A DNA stretch of 64,000 nt, from NCBI GenBank assembly GCA_021613535.1, contig CP075496.1:6944001-7008000 (forward strand), written 5' to 3'. Source of the stretch: Adineta vaga. Lineage: Eukaryota; Animalia; Rotifera. The notes beneath the pieces are model-generated. The model made no database searches. It worked only from the letters and a program-made list of their open reading frames with translations, and had not been told where the DNA came from. Position numbers and translations under genes: made by a program. Shown one piece after another: positions 27,029-40,829 of the stretch; the first letter of the stretch is position 1, and every line of letters starts with the position of its first letter.

Positions 27029-30000
27029 ATGACAACGATAAATGATGAAATCGATTTCGATTTTTCTCAATTTGATGATACTTTAATTAGTGAGAATCAA
27101 AAACAGAATTTAATTGATTATATCAACCAACTGAAAAGTCAAAAACGTTCGATAAATGATGAATTTAATCAATTTAAATCATCAACAGGTAGTAGAAATT
27201 TAACCATCATCTCTTTTTTCTTATAAAATCATTCTTTTTTGCCAATTTATTATTTTTCCAACTAAGTCAATGAACGAACGAAGGAACTAAAATTCTTCTG
27301 CATATATTTTTTCTTCTCTTGTTTGTATTTTTTGCCATTTGTATTCTTCTCTCTCACTTTCTCATCAACTCTTCTCAAAAACAATAATGATCAATATCAA
27401 TAATTATGTAAGTAAGTATCATTGCATGTTGCTAACGCTTGATTTTTCCTACGTAAAAAGTATTGATTCTATTTTTGAAAATTTCATTTTCTTTTTCCTA
27501 AAGGTAATATCAAACGACGACGTACAAAACGACAAATTTCATTACCAATGACAAATCCAGATCACACAAGTAATTTACAAACGATGATTGAAACATTAAT
27601 CTATATCGTACATGAAATCAATCTTGAACAAGTTAAGTTAACAACGACAATAAATCAATTGATTAAACGAGTTAATCAAAATGAATTATATTTAAATCAA
27701 TTAAATATGAATATTGAAACATTATATGAACAATTTCATGTAAGATATGAAATATTTTACATTTCGAGAAAAAAACAAAAGCAAAGCTTTTTCTCATCTA
27801 GACGAAACAATATTCCGAATTTGAATTAGATCCAATTGAAATTCCAAAATCCTCATCATCACTGATCGAAGATAGTAGTCAACAACCAATTGATATGAGT
27901 GTAACAGGAAATTTTTCATTGAAAACTACAAATAAAACGAATGGAAAAGCTACATCGAATAAAGTATGTAAATCTATTTAAAAAAAAAAGTTGATACCAT
28001 TATTTAATTGTTCATATCCTTTAGGAATATATTGAACTTGGTGATCCATCCATTGGTCTATCATGTCTTGTTTTAAAACGTAAATATGATCAAGTTCGTC
28101 GTCGTACAGAACTCGCTTACATTCATGGTGAAAAACGTGCAATCGGTCGTTTATTAACATTTTTAATTCGACAATTTTTTTCCAATGATGAATTACGTAA
28201 TGCTTCATTAGATGGTCGCGTACGTAATACGCAAGCATTAGCTGAAGATCGAATGTGTATTATTGATAAACATTTACAAACGATCTTTGGAATTGATTAT
28301 AATTTATATCGTATAACAAAAGATTGTGCTGAACAAGTGAACGTTGTATGTCGACATGCAAGAAATCCGAAGAATTTTTTTGATAACAATAAGAAAAATG
28401 ATTCTCATTGTAAAATCGAAATGAATCATTTAATTATGGATCAAACTGATATTATTGAGGATAAAGAATTGGATGATTATGAATCATTTCAAGAACAATT
28501 GTTTATTCAAGCAAATGGTAAAATTAGTTTAAAAGAAGAAAACTTATGTCTTCTTTTTTCTTCTTATTTTTTAGGTTTACCGTACAAATTAGATTTATCC
28601 TCCGATACATAACATAGATCAACATGGATTTACTTGATATAGATACATCTTTTCATCTTTAATAATTCTTTCTATCTACAATCTACTTGTTTTGTCTTTC
28701 ATTTCTATTTCTATACACATGTGCGTGTCTGTGTGACTTGATTCTCAAAAATTAGATATTAACCTTGCTTGATTAGTCAGTCGTTCGTTCGTTCGTTCAT
28801 TTAGACATTTTCTTCTTTTTATTTTATGTTGAGCTTGTTTGATTATTTCATTTGATTTATTTAGAACAACGATTTCATGAATTAGCACGTGAATATGATA
28901 CTGTTCGTAGTGAAGTAGTGAAACAACGTGAAATTGAAAGTCAATTACGGAATGAAAATGAACAAATACGTTAGTTATCTTCTTTTATGTTCAGAAAATT
29001 TTATAGTAAATATTTAATTTTTCAATAGAAAAAGCATCGAGTAACATTGAACAGCAGTTGACAACTGTACGACAGAATGAACAACAGCTTAATTCAAAAC
29101 TAGTTTGTTGAAAACTAATTTTGTTTTTCAAGCTTTGTAAAAACATGTTTTTTTTCTCCTAGGAATCTATTTTAGAACAAGTTCGACAATTGTCAACTGA
29201 GCGAGAACAATTGAGAAATTCAATTAATGAAAAAGAAAACGAAAACTATGAATTACAAAGTAAGTTATTTTTTGAAAAATATCCAATAAATAATGATCAT
29301 AATGAAACATCGATATTGCTCTTTCGTTTTGTAGAACAACGTGAAGCCTTAGAAGAAGAAAATCGTCAAGTACATAATACAAATCATGCTACAATTGAAC
29401 GTTTACAAGTATTGGAAACGACGACTTCTCAACTTCATGTAAATCAATGGAATAAAAACTTTATTTTAATACATGAAGAAATTTCTTTTATTCTATTTAG
29501 AGTTTGGAACTGTTATGGAATAAAGAACGTCAATTGTTTACTGATCAATTACAAACATTAGAACATTCATTAATTGAAAGCAAAAAATTAGCTATCGATC
29601 AACAAACTCAAATCATGCAAATGACTGTTCAATTAGAATCAACCGAAGGACAATCTCAAGCACAAGTTTGTCTTTTTCTTACTTCTAAAAAGAAAACAAT
29701 ACATTTGATGTATATCTTATTTTATCAATATAGAAACGTTCATTGGACATAGGTCTTGATGAAAAGAATGAAGCAATACTTAATCTCGATCGACAATTAC
29801 GAGAAAAAACACAACGAATTGAACAGGTAAGCTAAAATACTTCATCCAATGACAAAGATGATCTATTATTTGTAAAATTTGTTCAAGTTTTATTAAGAAT
29901 CGTCGCACATATATTTTTTATTTAGCTTCAAACCGATCTCCAACGAACAGTCCGTCAGATGGAAAATCAACAAATTACATCAAATAAAACCATACAATCG

Positions 30001-33000
30001 CTCAAAGTTTGTTACAAGATTATCCGATTAAAAAAAGAAAATAAAAATAAAAATTGATTTTTTTCTCAATAGACACAAATTGACGAATTAGCAAAGAAGA
30101 ATTCCATCATGAATGAAAAATATGATGAACAAAGTCAATCGTTAGTGAAAATTACTTCAGGTTAGTTTTTTTTTTGATTTAGTTAAAAAAATATTAGTAT
30201 GAATATTAATATAGAACGTGATGTGATCAAAGGAGAAATGAAAACGCTGAATGAAATGTTCGAAAAACAGTCAACGGAAAATGGTAAGTAATATATATGT
30301 CTTAACCACTGATTCCAGTTGAAGACATAGATGTTGTTCCGGTGTATGCGCGTGTTACAGGACCTGCTCCAGGTTGAAATGGACTGAATGACGAAACTGA
30401 AAAAGAATAATTGAAATTGAAATAATCTCATTTATTTTATATTTGAGAACTCACGAATTGATGAAACGAAAGAGATGCGACTGAATCGTTGTTGTGATAT
30501 GCTACCGATACTACTACCATCTCTAAATATTTCAACATTATTGAATACGAATGCAGATGGAGAAATATTGTAAAGAATTTGTTGAAGAGTAGCACCAGCT
30601 TTTGTTTGACAAAAATAGGGACATGTATTATCAAATGTGAAGATCATTTTAATGTCGTAAATAATTGTACTTAATTGACGAACATCTCTGTCCAGAGCCC
30701 TGAAAAAGAATTCATTTTCATTCAGTTATTTCCAACAACTGTCTACTGTCACTTACATGCGTTTCTTTTTACTATCAGCTCTATTTGCGATACCAACACT
30801 AAGGATAGTCACATCCTTCACTGATGGAGAATTTAAATATTGACGAATCTAAATTAGAAATTCAAATGAGCTTATTTAACACCAAGAGTTAGACGATCGA
30901 GTGGTAAGATGGAAGAATAAAATGTGAATATTTCTAAGTAGATATAGTGTTGAAAAGACTTACAATTTGACGAACTTGTTCACGGCCTGATGATCCAAAT
31001 TCACCACCAATATAGTTATTTAAATCAACTGATGATTGTCGCTTACGACCCACAGCAGTACCAGATTCAGCTTGCATCTGAGCTATCATACTTGTGTAGT
31101 TAGCTGAATGTATGAAGAAGAAAAAATCACATTGAATCTTCAAGAGAAATTATTAAGAAATGATTTACTTCGACTTAAGCCATCTGCTTTACTGGGCAAA
31201 TAAGTTGGTATAAGTGCCATAACAATAGTTAGAGCAATTGTGAACAAAATCAAACCTAAACAGCAACATCCCATAAGATATGGAAGTGAAGGATTGGTTG
31301 CGAGGTTTGCTCTACAGGAGGATATAGAGAGAAAGAGAGTAAGGAAAACATAATTCATCGATTGAATATTACCGTTTGTCTCGTGCACTATCATTTTCAG
31401 CTTCCATTTTGAATTTCAAACTGAACTATTGTCGTCCACTTACAATATTTCAGGCCCTACTGTGCTCTGAATTGCTTTGATATTGATTGAGTGTCGAAAA
31501 AACGGAAAACTAATTCTTTTATATAGAGAAGAATTTTTTGTGCTAACAAGCATAGCATTTTCATGAGAGACTCTATCGAAAAATGTCTCTTTCCCAAGCA
31601 CACCCTGCTAGTTGTTTACTCATATCGGAAAATTAAAATTCTCATTTTGCACATAGGCTAGTATCGATCACACAGTTATTTTCTTTTATGCTAATTTTTT
31701 GCTCCAACAAGTGTTTACTAAAGGAAAGTAGGCTCGTTCAAGGTGTATCTATGACTATTTTTTTATCATGGTCCATTAATAAATGTTAGCATTTCATTAA
31801 GAAATATTTTTCTCTTTTCATATGGACGTTTTCGATTAAAAGAAGAGAAGACAACAGTTGCATGAAATGAAGTGCCTATTTGATATCAATCATTCGATCT
31901 AAAATTATATTATGTCAATGTACGTATATAATAGACGTCATTCTAACAAATATTTAGTTTTATGCTTGCTGAAGTCATGAATGTTTATAGGACTTCGATC
32001 AGGTTTCGTTTCTTTTTTGACAAATTATATAAGGGAAACTTACCTTTCATTTTCACAATGAATCAAAGTTGATACCTAGGTACTCATGATTCGTTATTTT
32101 CATTATTTGAAATTGAATTTTAAATGAGTAATTGTTCGCCTTTCATATGCGATAGTCTCCACAATAGTTAAGTCTAAAATGAAGAAACTAGATGCGCATG
32201 GTAGAAATAAATTGTACGATATTTCAAAGTTTATCAAATACTTTTCTAAGGTGTCAGAAGACGAAAGGAAATACTAATGGGTTCATTTTTATTGCTAGCA
32301 GGTCGATATTTAACATCGCTTCATGATTAAATTGCAGTCATTTTATTAAAAAGACTCTACAGATGGACAACATTTGTGTCACTAGTAGATATCTTTTAGT
32401 TTTATATTTTGATTTTATTGAATGATTAACGTAGATACAAATGGAGGATGTGTTCAAATCGAAATAGTTTTATTTTGTTATTGAAAACATTTCATTTTCT
32501 ATTTGAGCAATAACAAATTGAAGGGCATGCATGTTTGTCATTGATGAGATGGACACTCTATTTCTAGAAAATTAATTGATATAATTACCATGAGCAATTA
32601 ATGAAAGAATCATGACTTTTTAAAACAAACGATGAAGACGTAGTTATAAAATCTAAACGTATTGTCAATAATAAAAATGTAAAGACAAGCTTGATCATTA
32701 TGATAAGTCTTTCAATTAATTATTTTCGTAAAATCATCAGTGTAGTATTCATCTGAATGAGATGACTAGTACTATTCACATATATTTGTATTTTAAATTT
32801 CAAGGCTAAATATTTGATTTGTTGTTCCATAAGTATATGAACTTGTTCCATCATGCACACAGATGCCTCATAGAATTGTGGTTATTGTTCGCGACTTGAC
32901 TATTATATCTATAGGAATAAAACATAAAAATGTTTTCCTATATCTATCTAAAAGAAATGAATTCAAGCAACAACATAAATCTCATTTATTTGTTTAGAAC

Positions 33001-36000
33001 AAACGATTCGTCGATTACAAGATGAACTGGATAATACTACACAATTACTTGAATCAATTCGTAGTAAAGGTAAGCTATAATTCTATTTCATTATTTTTTT
33101 CTATTTATAGTTCATAGGTGCTGATTTGACTCAATTGACAAATTTTCTTGATGGTACACTCAATCATATTCGTTCAACTGATTCATCAACACCAACCTCT
33201 GCATCGACACCAACCGGAACGACGGTATTAACATTTAGACAAAAAAGAAACGACATCATTCACTTTTGTTTTCTTCTCTAACTAGAATTGTCCAGAATGT
33301 CGTCAACTAAAGAGTGCACTTGTACTAGAATTAACTGGTAAAGAACGTTTTCGATTTGGCTATGAACAACTTTCATCGGTATGTATAAAGAAAAATGAAA
33401 AAGATCAATAAAAAAAACTAAAACATGATTTGTTGATGTAGATGGTCAAAGAAGCAGCACCAATTCTTCGACGACAAAAACAAGATTATGAAGCGTCCTT
33501 CGAAGTTATTGCTAAATTAACAAGTGAATTAAATGAAGCTCGAAAAGTAAAGCACATGAGTTTTATTGAGAAGTTAACTGTTCATTTCTGTTTATTGTCT
33601 AGGAATTGTCTGAATTGCAACATTTATCTGGAGATAGTATCGAAAATTATCGATATATTCAACGAGAAAATCAATTTTTAGTCAATGATAACAAATCTTT
33701 AGCTACCAAGGTAGATATTTTATAAGAATAAAAAAGAATTAACGTATTCCTGGTCTCTAGATTCAAGTTCTTCTGTCTGAAATCGAAGAATTACGTACAG
33801 GTAAACGTTTACCAGAACGTGAATCATCATCTGAATATGATCCAAATCAACAAGTACCATTAACATTTCGGTAACTATATGACTTTTAATCTTCTTTATA
33901 TATCAAAATACGAATTTTTTTCTTTTTGTAAAAAATAGAAACGTCGTTGAACTTCAACATGTTAATCAAAAATTAGATAGATTAGTACGTGAAATGCGTG
34001 CACAAAGTAATACAGATGATGAAGATTTGCATCGAACAAGATTTGATGAACTTAAAAAAGATCATCAACAACAACAAGAAAAATTAAAAGAAACAAGAAA
34101 TCAATTGGATGGTTTAGAAACACAAGTTTGTTAAATTTTAAGTAGAAAGAAAAAATATATGCATGATTTCTCGTTCATTTTAGATGGCATCACTTATACA
34201 AGAACGAGATTTTCTTCGTTTATTAGTGTCACGTTCATCATCATCACAATTGGTAACGAATGATACTTATTCTCATACAGAATTTCATGAATAAATATCT
34301 TTCTTTTAGACTTCATCTTCCAATCCATCTGTAGATACTCATCAATTAGAAAACTTTCGTGATCAAGCCAATCGTTTACAAGAAAAAATTGAAATTCTGA
34401 CGAAAAAAAATTCCCAATTAACCACTGAAAAAGACGATCTTATGAGGTAAATTATTCACATCTATCTTTCTTTTATTCTTAAGATATGATTTTCTTAGGA
34501 CATCAAATGAAAAAGTTCGTTCAATTCAATATGAACTTTTAACAGCACGTACAGAAGTTGAACAAATGACTGAAAAAGTATGATTAATTCTTTTTTCGTA
34601 TAGAAAAGAAATTTCGATAATATTTTGCTAGTTGAATTTAATTCACGATGAACAAGCAACAAATCGATTAACAATTGCTTCACTTCGAACAGAAATTAAT
34701 GGTTGGCAAGAACGACATAATATGTTAGTACAAATTCGAAATAAACAAGAACAACAATATTTCAATGTTTTATCTGTATGTTGAAATTTTCCTTATAAAA
34801 CTCAAGAAATATCTTCGAATTCTATTTTAGGAATTGCGTCAATTAAAGGATGAAAAAGCTTCATTAGACTGTCGTTTAAATACTTTAGGAAATGAACGTA
34901 AATTTGATTCTATTAAATGTGAACAATTGGAAAATGAATGTATGTTATTAAAAAGTGAAATCAATAAAAATGATCAAATTCAACCAGTTATTGAAAAACT
35001 TCAGGTACAACCTCAATGATAAACAAAACGTTTCTCATCGATGATGTTTTGTTTTTAGATTTTAGCAGAATTTACTAAAGAAAAAACGAAAGCAATGTTC
35101 GAAGCAAAATTAAATGATTTAACTGCACAAAATGAAGAACTCCGTCAACGAATTGAGCAGAATGAACGTGAAAAAGAATTAACAGAACGTACATATCAAT
35201 CACGTTTAGATGAATTTGTACAAAATCTTCAACAAGAAAAAACAAATAATTCAGAAATGCGTACAAAATTTCTTGGCGAAAAGGAAAAAACAGAACAATT
35301 ACAACGACAAGTACAATTTCCTTACCTTTTTCTATTTGATTTTCGTCGACTTATTCATTTTTAGTTACATGAAATTGAATTGAAAGCAAATGCAAATACA
35401 AATCCAAAGACTGGTATGATAAAGAACAATCAATTGACAAAAGAAAACTTGTTTGTTTCTATTTCTCTCTCTATAGATTTTGAACAACAACTAGGAGATT
35501 ATGAAAAAGAAATCAAATTGCTTCGAGTTAAACTTGATGCAGCTAATAATGAATTAGAATGTAGGATAATAACTTGAAAAAAAAAGAGAAACAATTTAGA
35601 TATATTCGAATGTTGATTTATTTAGTGAAACAAACAGTCATTCAATCAAATATTGATAATACGAATCAATTAAATGTTAATGAACAAAAAGCCACTGAAG
35701 AACTTGAGAAAATCAAACAAGTAAAGTTTGATTAAACTTCTTCTATTTAGTTAACTTGGCTTTTACTTTAGGAATATACACAAAAATCGTATGATTACGA
35801 AAATGAAATCGAAAGACTTAAACAAGGTGAGAAAAGTCTGCTGTTCAGTTAGATATTTATAGGTAAATGAAAATCTTTTCAGAAATTCTAAATCATCAAT
35901 CAATTATTAATCAAAATGAAGAAAATCTACGTTCGTTAAATGATCATCTTCAAGCAATTAATGATCAACATCAAATCGAAGTATAAAACATATTTTTCTT

Positions 36001-39000
36001 CGTACAACTTTCATTTATTCATTCATATTTTTTAGTTAACACAATCGAATGAACGGTATGAACAAGTTATTACTGAAAAAAATCATACTTTAGAACAATT
36101 ACAAAATGTGGAACAATCTCTTGCTGAAAATGAGCAGTTGAAAGAAAAATTAAATCAAGTAATTGATTTCTGTTGAGAAAAAAATTATGAAACTTTAAAC
36201 ATTTTTATTCAGTTTGAATCAACAATTCAACAACAAGAAAGCAATTATAATGAATTAGAACAACGTTATAATGAACTTTCACAACAAATGAACAACTTAC
36301 AAAATGACAATGAACGATTACTTGAACAAATTCAACAATATGAAGCAACGCTTGTACAAAAAGATGATATGTTTAAAGTTCAACAAGATCTTACACAACA
36401 AGTTGAACAACGTTATGCAGAATTAGAAGAGAAACATAGAGAACAACATACTTTAATGATGAAGGTATGCAATTGAACTGACCTAATATTAATCTATTGA
36501 AAGTTATGTTGATTATTTTTAGTTATCAACACATTTAGCTGCTAAAGAAAGCGAAACAATGGCTTCAACTACAGATTCATCAGTTAATGAGACATGGAAT
36601 AGTATATTAGCAACTAATAAGTAAGAATGTGTATTGATCAAATGATAATTTCTTCATATTCGTTATTTTATTTTATTTTTCAGTTATGTTCGTGTTGAAA
36701 ATGCTCGTTTAACTGACGATGTTGAACGTATTCGTTTGGAAAATGCTCATCTAAATGAACGTAATAATACATTAGAACAAACGTATATGAATGATCAACA
36801 AACGATTGATGAACTTTCTTCAAAAAATGAAGCATTACAAGCATTACAAGATCGTTTTGATAATGATCAACAACATATTAACGAATTGCAGTCAAAATGT
36901 CAATCATACGAACAAGAAAAACAAAATCATCAACAAGAAAATCAAACTTTTCAAACAACAATTGAACAATTAAATCAACAGAAACAATTATTAAATAATC
37001 AAGTTAAACAATCGGAAGAAAAAGCTCGTTCTAAAGACGAACAATTAACTGTGAAAACAGCTGAAATGTATGTAGACATAAACACTTTTAATTGAACAAT
37101 TATATTCTCTATTTCTTCTTGAAGAGAACGACAAAGACGAGAAATGGAAGATCTCAAAGGAAATGTTAAAAAACTCGAAAATGACAATCAAGAATTGAAA
37201 CAAATGACTACTAAAGTATATGATTGATAGTTTCAAATTGAAAATCTATCTTCATTTTTTTATATTAGTTGAGAAATATTGCTATCAAATATCGATCAAC
37301 TGCGACTGCTGCTGCTGCCACAGCTACAACTACATCTAATACTTCCACAACTAATCTACATCGTCAGCAGATACAGATGATCTATTGAATACTGGATCCA
37401 TAGATGTAACATCTGCAGCTCCAGTTACTGCAGAAGCAAATAAAGTATTTTTCTAGAAAATAGAGAAACGAAAAGGTGAAACGAATTAAACTTTATTTAG
37501 AATCGACCATTACCTGTTGATTTATCGGAAAAAATGGCTAAACTTCGTGAGGCACTTTTAGCAGCACGAACCCGAATAACAGCGCAACAGATTCGTATAA
37601 CTCAAATGACAAATGAATTAGCACGTGCCAAACAAGCTCATATATCAACTGATTTAACAGGTTAGATTTCGATCAAAATTTTTGTCATTTTATAAATATT
37701 CATCTTTATGATTGGTATATTTTGTAGAAGTCCATGCGCTTGTTGATAGTATTCGACAAACTTATGAGACTGAACTCAATGAACTGCAACATATTATTCA
37801 TTTATTTGATACGACCGATTCTAGTGAACATATGGCAGAAATAATACGATTACGAAAGAAAATTGAAGAATTAACAGCAAATAAGGTAAACAGTTATTTG
37901 AATTTTAATGAGCGACGATTGAATGTATGCCGAAATGAAATTTCTATTTCTTAGCCAACAACATCATCATCTATGATTACTTCATCGACTACTAAACAAT
38001 CAGAAGATGTCACACCCAAACCGACTCGTCCACAAGCATTTGCTGCTCCAATGACACAGTATATTTTCATTTGAATATCTATTACTCATTAAGATTTTTA
38101 AATAAATAGAGATCAACCAGCTATCTCTCGCGTCGCTCCAATGGCACCAGCAACAGGTCGTCAAATTGGAGTTGCTATACCGATGACAGCATCAGCAACA
38201 TCTACTGTTACTAGTGCACCTTTATGGACTACCACGCCCACAACTGAAACAGCTAGTGCACGTATGTATTATCAATATGTTTTTGTATGATATATTCTTA
38301 ACCTGTTTTATTTTGTCAAATAATAAAAATAGAAGCGACAACTCCAATTGAACATCCTACTACTCAAATAACAACACCCGCTGGTGTTAATTTGATAATG
38401 AAACGTACACGAACTGATGATTCTGATCACAAGTAAATACACAAATACATCCAGATATACAAGAGATATCTATTTATTATTATTTCTAGATCAACAGAGT
38501 CAACAATGAAACGAACTAAAGCAGAAACAGAGGTGAATACAAACATCATATCTCAACAGATTTTATACAAAACATGCGTAATATATAATGAAACACCTGT
38601 TTACTTCTATCAAAACAGCATATTTCTATAAACAAGTGACTTACAGAAAAGATGTTCTGAAACTAAAAACATATGAAAGAGTTCGACGTGTATCCTATTC
38701 CTCCTACTCGACTTATTTCGATAATAATTAAAAATGGCAAAAGAAATGATAATTGAATTGTAGTTTTAGTCCATAGAATTAAAAAATTGATCTTTTCTGT
38801 TATAGACCACACCATTGATTGCTCATGTTGAACCTCAAGTACGTGAACAACAGCGGCAAATTCCTGTTCAAGTAAATCTTTTTTTTTCTATTTCATAACT
38901 TTTCTATTTCATTTTCCGTTTGTTTCTCAGGAACAGCAACACAACCACCGCCACAAGAAATTATGGAATCAAGTAAGTTGTTCAATAATCAACATTAAAA

Positions 39001-39687
39001 GAAAATGAATCTCTTCTTTTAACTATTGTTAGATGTTATGGAACCGTCACGAACAGATGTGGTATGAATTTAATCTTTCAACAGCAAACGTGTTATCTGA
39101 TATAATGTATAAATATTTAATTTTAGGTACCAGTTGATAATGAAGCAATTGCTACTTCTATTGAAGAAATAACCTCGAATGAACAAAGTAATAATTCTAT
39201 CTTTTTGATCAGATATAATTCTTAATTTTTTTTTGTTCTAGTAATGGAAGTTGATACTCGATTGAATACTCCACCTGCAAGTGTTGTTGCACCTGGGGAG
39301 ACAACAACAGCTACGACGACGACGACAATGACAGTCGACGCAACCAATGTGACAGTCACGGAGCAAACAACTGATCAACGTCGTGATATTTCACTTATTG
39401 TTTATGATGTTCAATCAATTCCAACTATTGGTGGTGGTAGTGCTGGCAGTGTTGGTGGTGGAGCGACTCCACCCAATCGTGGTGGGGTCGGTCGACAACG
39501 TCCTTTTTCCAGTAGTATGTTATTTGAAAACATCATGGATGAAACATTTCAATTTCATAATTACTTTTTTGTTTTAGTTTCAGGTACTCGACGCCCATGG
39601 CCAGCACGCGGTAGTGGTATCGGTGGTGGAAGAGGAGGTTTAGGTGGACGTGGGATTGGCGGTGCTGGACCACCTGCTCGTCAATAA
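27029..39687 (+). CDS. TPR: Nucleoprotein TPR / Megator (nuclear basket coiled-coil), many exons, with one apparent frameshift
   Basis: QFKSSTEQRFHEL resembles the TPR N-terminus. Also VKEAAPILRRQKQDYE, LTFRNVVELQHVNQKLDRLVRE, EINGWQER, LRNIAIKYR, LREALLAARTRI, a disordered tail and an RGG-like end (GGGRGGLGGRG). Confidence 0.9.
27387..28612 (+). CDS. BEN-domain protein nested (sense) in TPR intron 1
   Basis: Exons at about 27504-27739, 27802-27963, 28025-28517 and 28575-28612. They encode basic KRRRTKR, a coiled coil, PIDMS, and RLLTFLIRQFFSNDELRNASLDG..ALAEDRMCIIDKHL..FG..VNVVCRHAR, which fits the BEN consensus. The first exon is either 27387-27411 or TPR exon 1. Confidence 0.8.
30302..31407 (-). 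CDS. Type II single-pass membrane protein of unknown family, nested antisense in a TPR intron
   Basis: Six phase-consistent exons read MEAENDSARDKR|ANL..GCCCLGLILFTIALTIVMALIPTYLP (TM)..GRKRQ..KKKRM..CPYFC..|LSSFSPFQPG...TGISG*. The gene sits in TPR intron 30284-32997. Confidence 0.8.
31517..31526 (-). promoter_or_regulatory. TATA box of the nested antisense gene
   Basis: CTATATAAAA on the minus strand, about 110 nt upstream of ATG 31407. Confidence 0.45.
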
Positions 39688-40385
39688 ACATTCAAATTTT
39701 TTTTTCTTTATGTGATTCTGTTATTATGCTAAATGTATAATCTGTAGTATGTGTATTTACAATCTTTTTCTGTCTCATTTATCATTTATTCACTTGGATT
39801 TGTTCATATCAGCGTAAAACTATGATGTTCTACATTGAAATACAAATTATGTTAAATCTAAATAATATCTCTTTTAATGACATTGTGTATTGTTTGAAAT
39901 ATCGATGTCATTTTGTATTTTATGACGTGTAAAGTTACCAATACTACTATTTGATATAGACTGCATTCAAAAAGGCTACCTCAGATGAGAACACATGTTC
40001 AATACAAACTTTGTCGATTACTTTCAGAGTCAATTCAAAGCACTCGCTATATATTCTTTCTGTTTTTATCAAAGAGAAAAAGTGAATCCCGGCTTTTAAA
40101 ATTGGTATTGGATAATAGTCAAACTCCATCGAAATTAATCTTAATTCACATAAATTGTAAAGCTGAAAGAAGCTTTCATTTTCTAACAAGCATTAGAAAA
40201 TTCTTGTCTGAAAAACCGATGATTTACTACTACTTCATGTATTTTGTTTTTTGAATGTAGAAAGAAACAGAAAAAAAAAGAAATAATAAAGGAAACACGG
40301 ACAGGATAGGTATGATCAAAGTAAACTGACGACTAGGAAACTTATATTTGATGTCGTCTAATAGTAATAGAAGGATATTCTAATG

Positions 40386-40829
40386 TTATTTTGCTCCAGT
40401 TGCATCATCATATTTTGAACCTGGAAAATCTTCATGTCCGATAAGATGATATGGAGGTGTATTCAATGCACCTGCTCTTGGTACAATTACTGTTCGTAAA
40501 TATATATATGCTAATACAATACTAATAATTCCACCAGCAAGTACTTTATTATAATGAGCTTGTTTTTGTCCATTGATTTCTTGCCAACTACCTTCTGGTT
40601 TTGGTAACCAATCAAGTGTTGCTTTATGTTCCCATAAACGATTATAGAGTGTTTTATATGTATCATGATGATGATCATGATGATGATCTGCTTCATGATG
40701 ACCACCGTGTTGTACTTCGCTGCTACCATGACTTTTATGACGACGAGAATCCATCATGGGAAGATTACTTGTAATCGTAGCACGTTTAACAACATTGACT
40801 ACATTTGGCTTTAAAACACGTGCCAACAT
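40386..40829 (-). CDS. Cytochrome c oxidase subunit 7B-like (prag01/Deltameth_res family)
   Basis: Mitochondrial presequence-like basic N-terminus and a His-rich stretch. TLDWLPKPEGSWQEINGQKQAHYNKVLAGGI plus a TM matches the invertebrate prag01 signature (LPxPxGSWQE...YN.vL.gG). Confidence 0.8.
   Translation of the reverse strand: MLARVLKPNVVNVVKRATITSNLPMMDSRRHKSHGSSEVQHGGHHEADHHHDHHHDTYKTLYNRLWEHKATLDWLPKPEGSWQEINGQKQAHYNKVLAGGIISIVLAYIYLRTVIVPRAGALNTPPYHLIGHEDFPGSKYDDATGAK

Noticed and set aside
31530-32990. Possible transposon or further nested gene in the long TPR intron
   Set aside because: No ORF, terminal repeats or transposase motifs are visible; it is probably the upstream region of the nested antisense gene.
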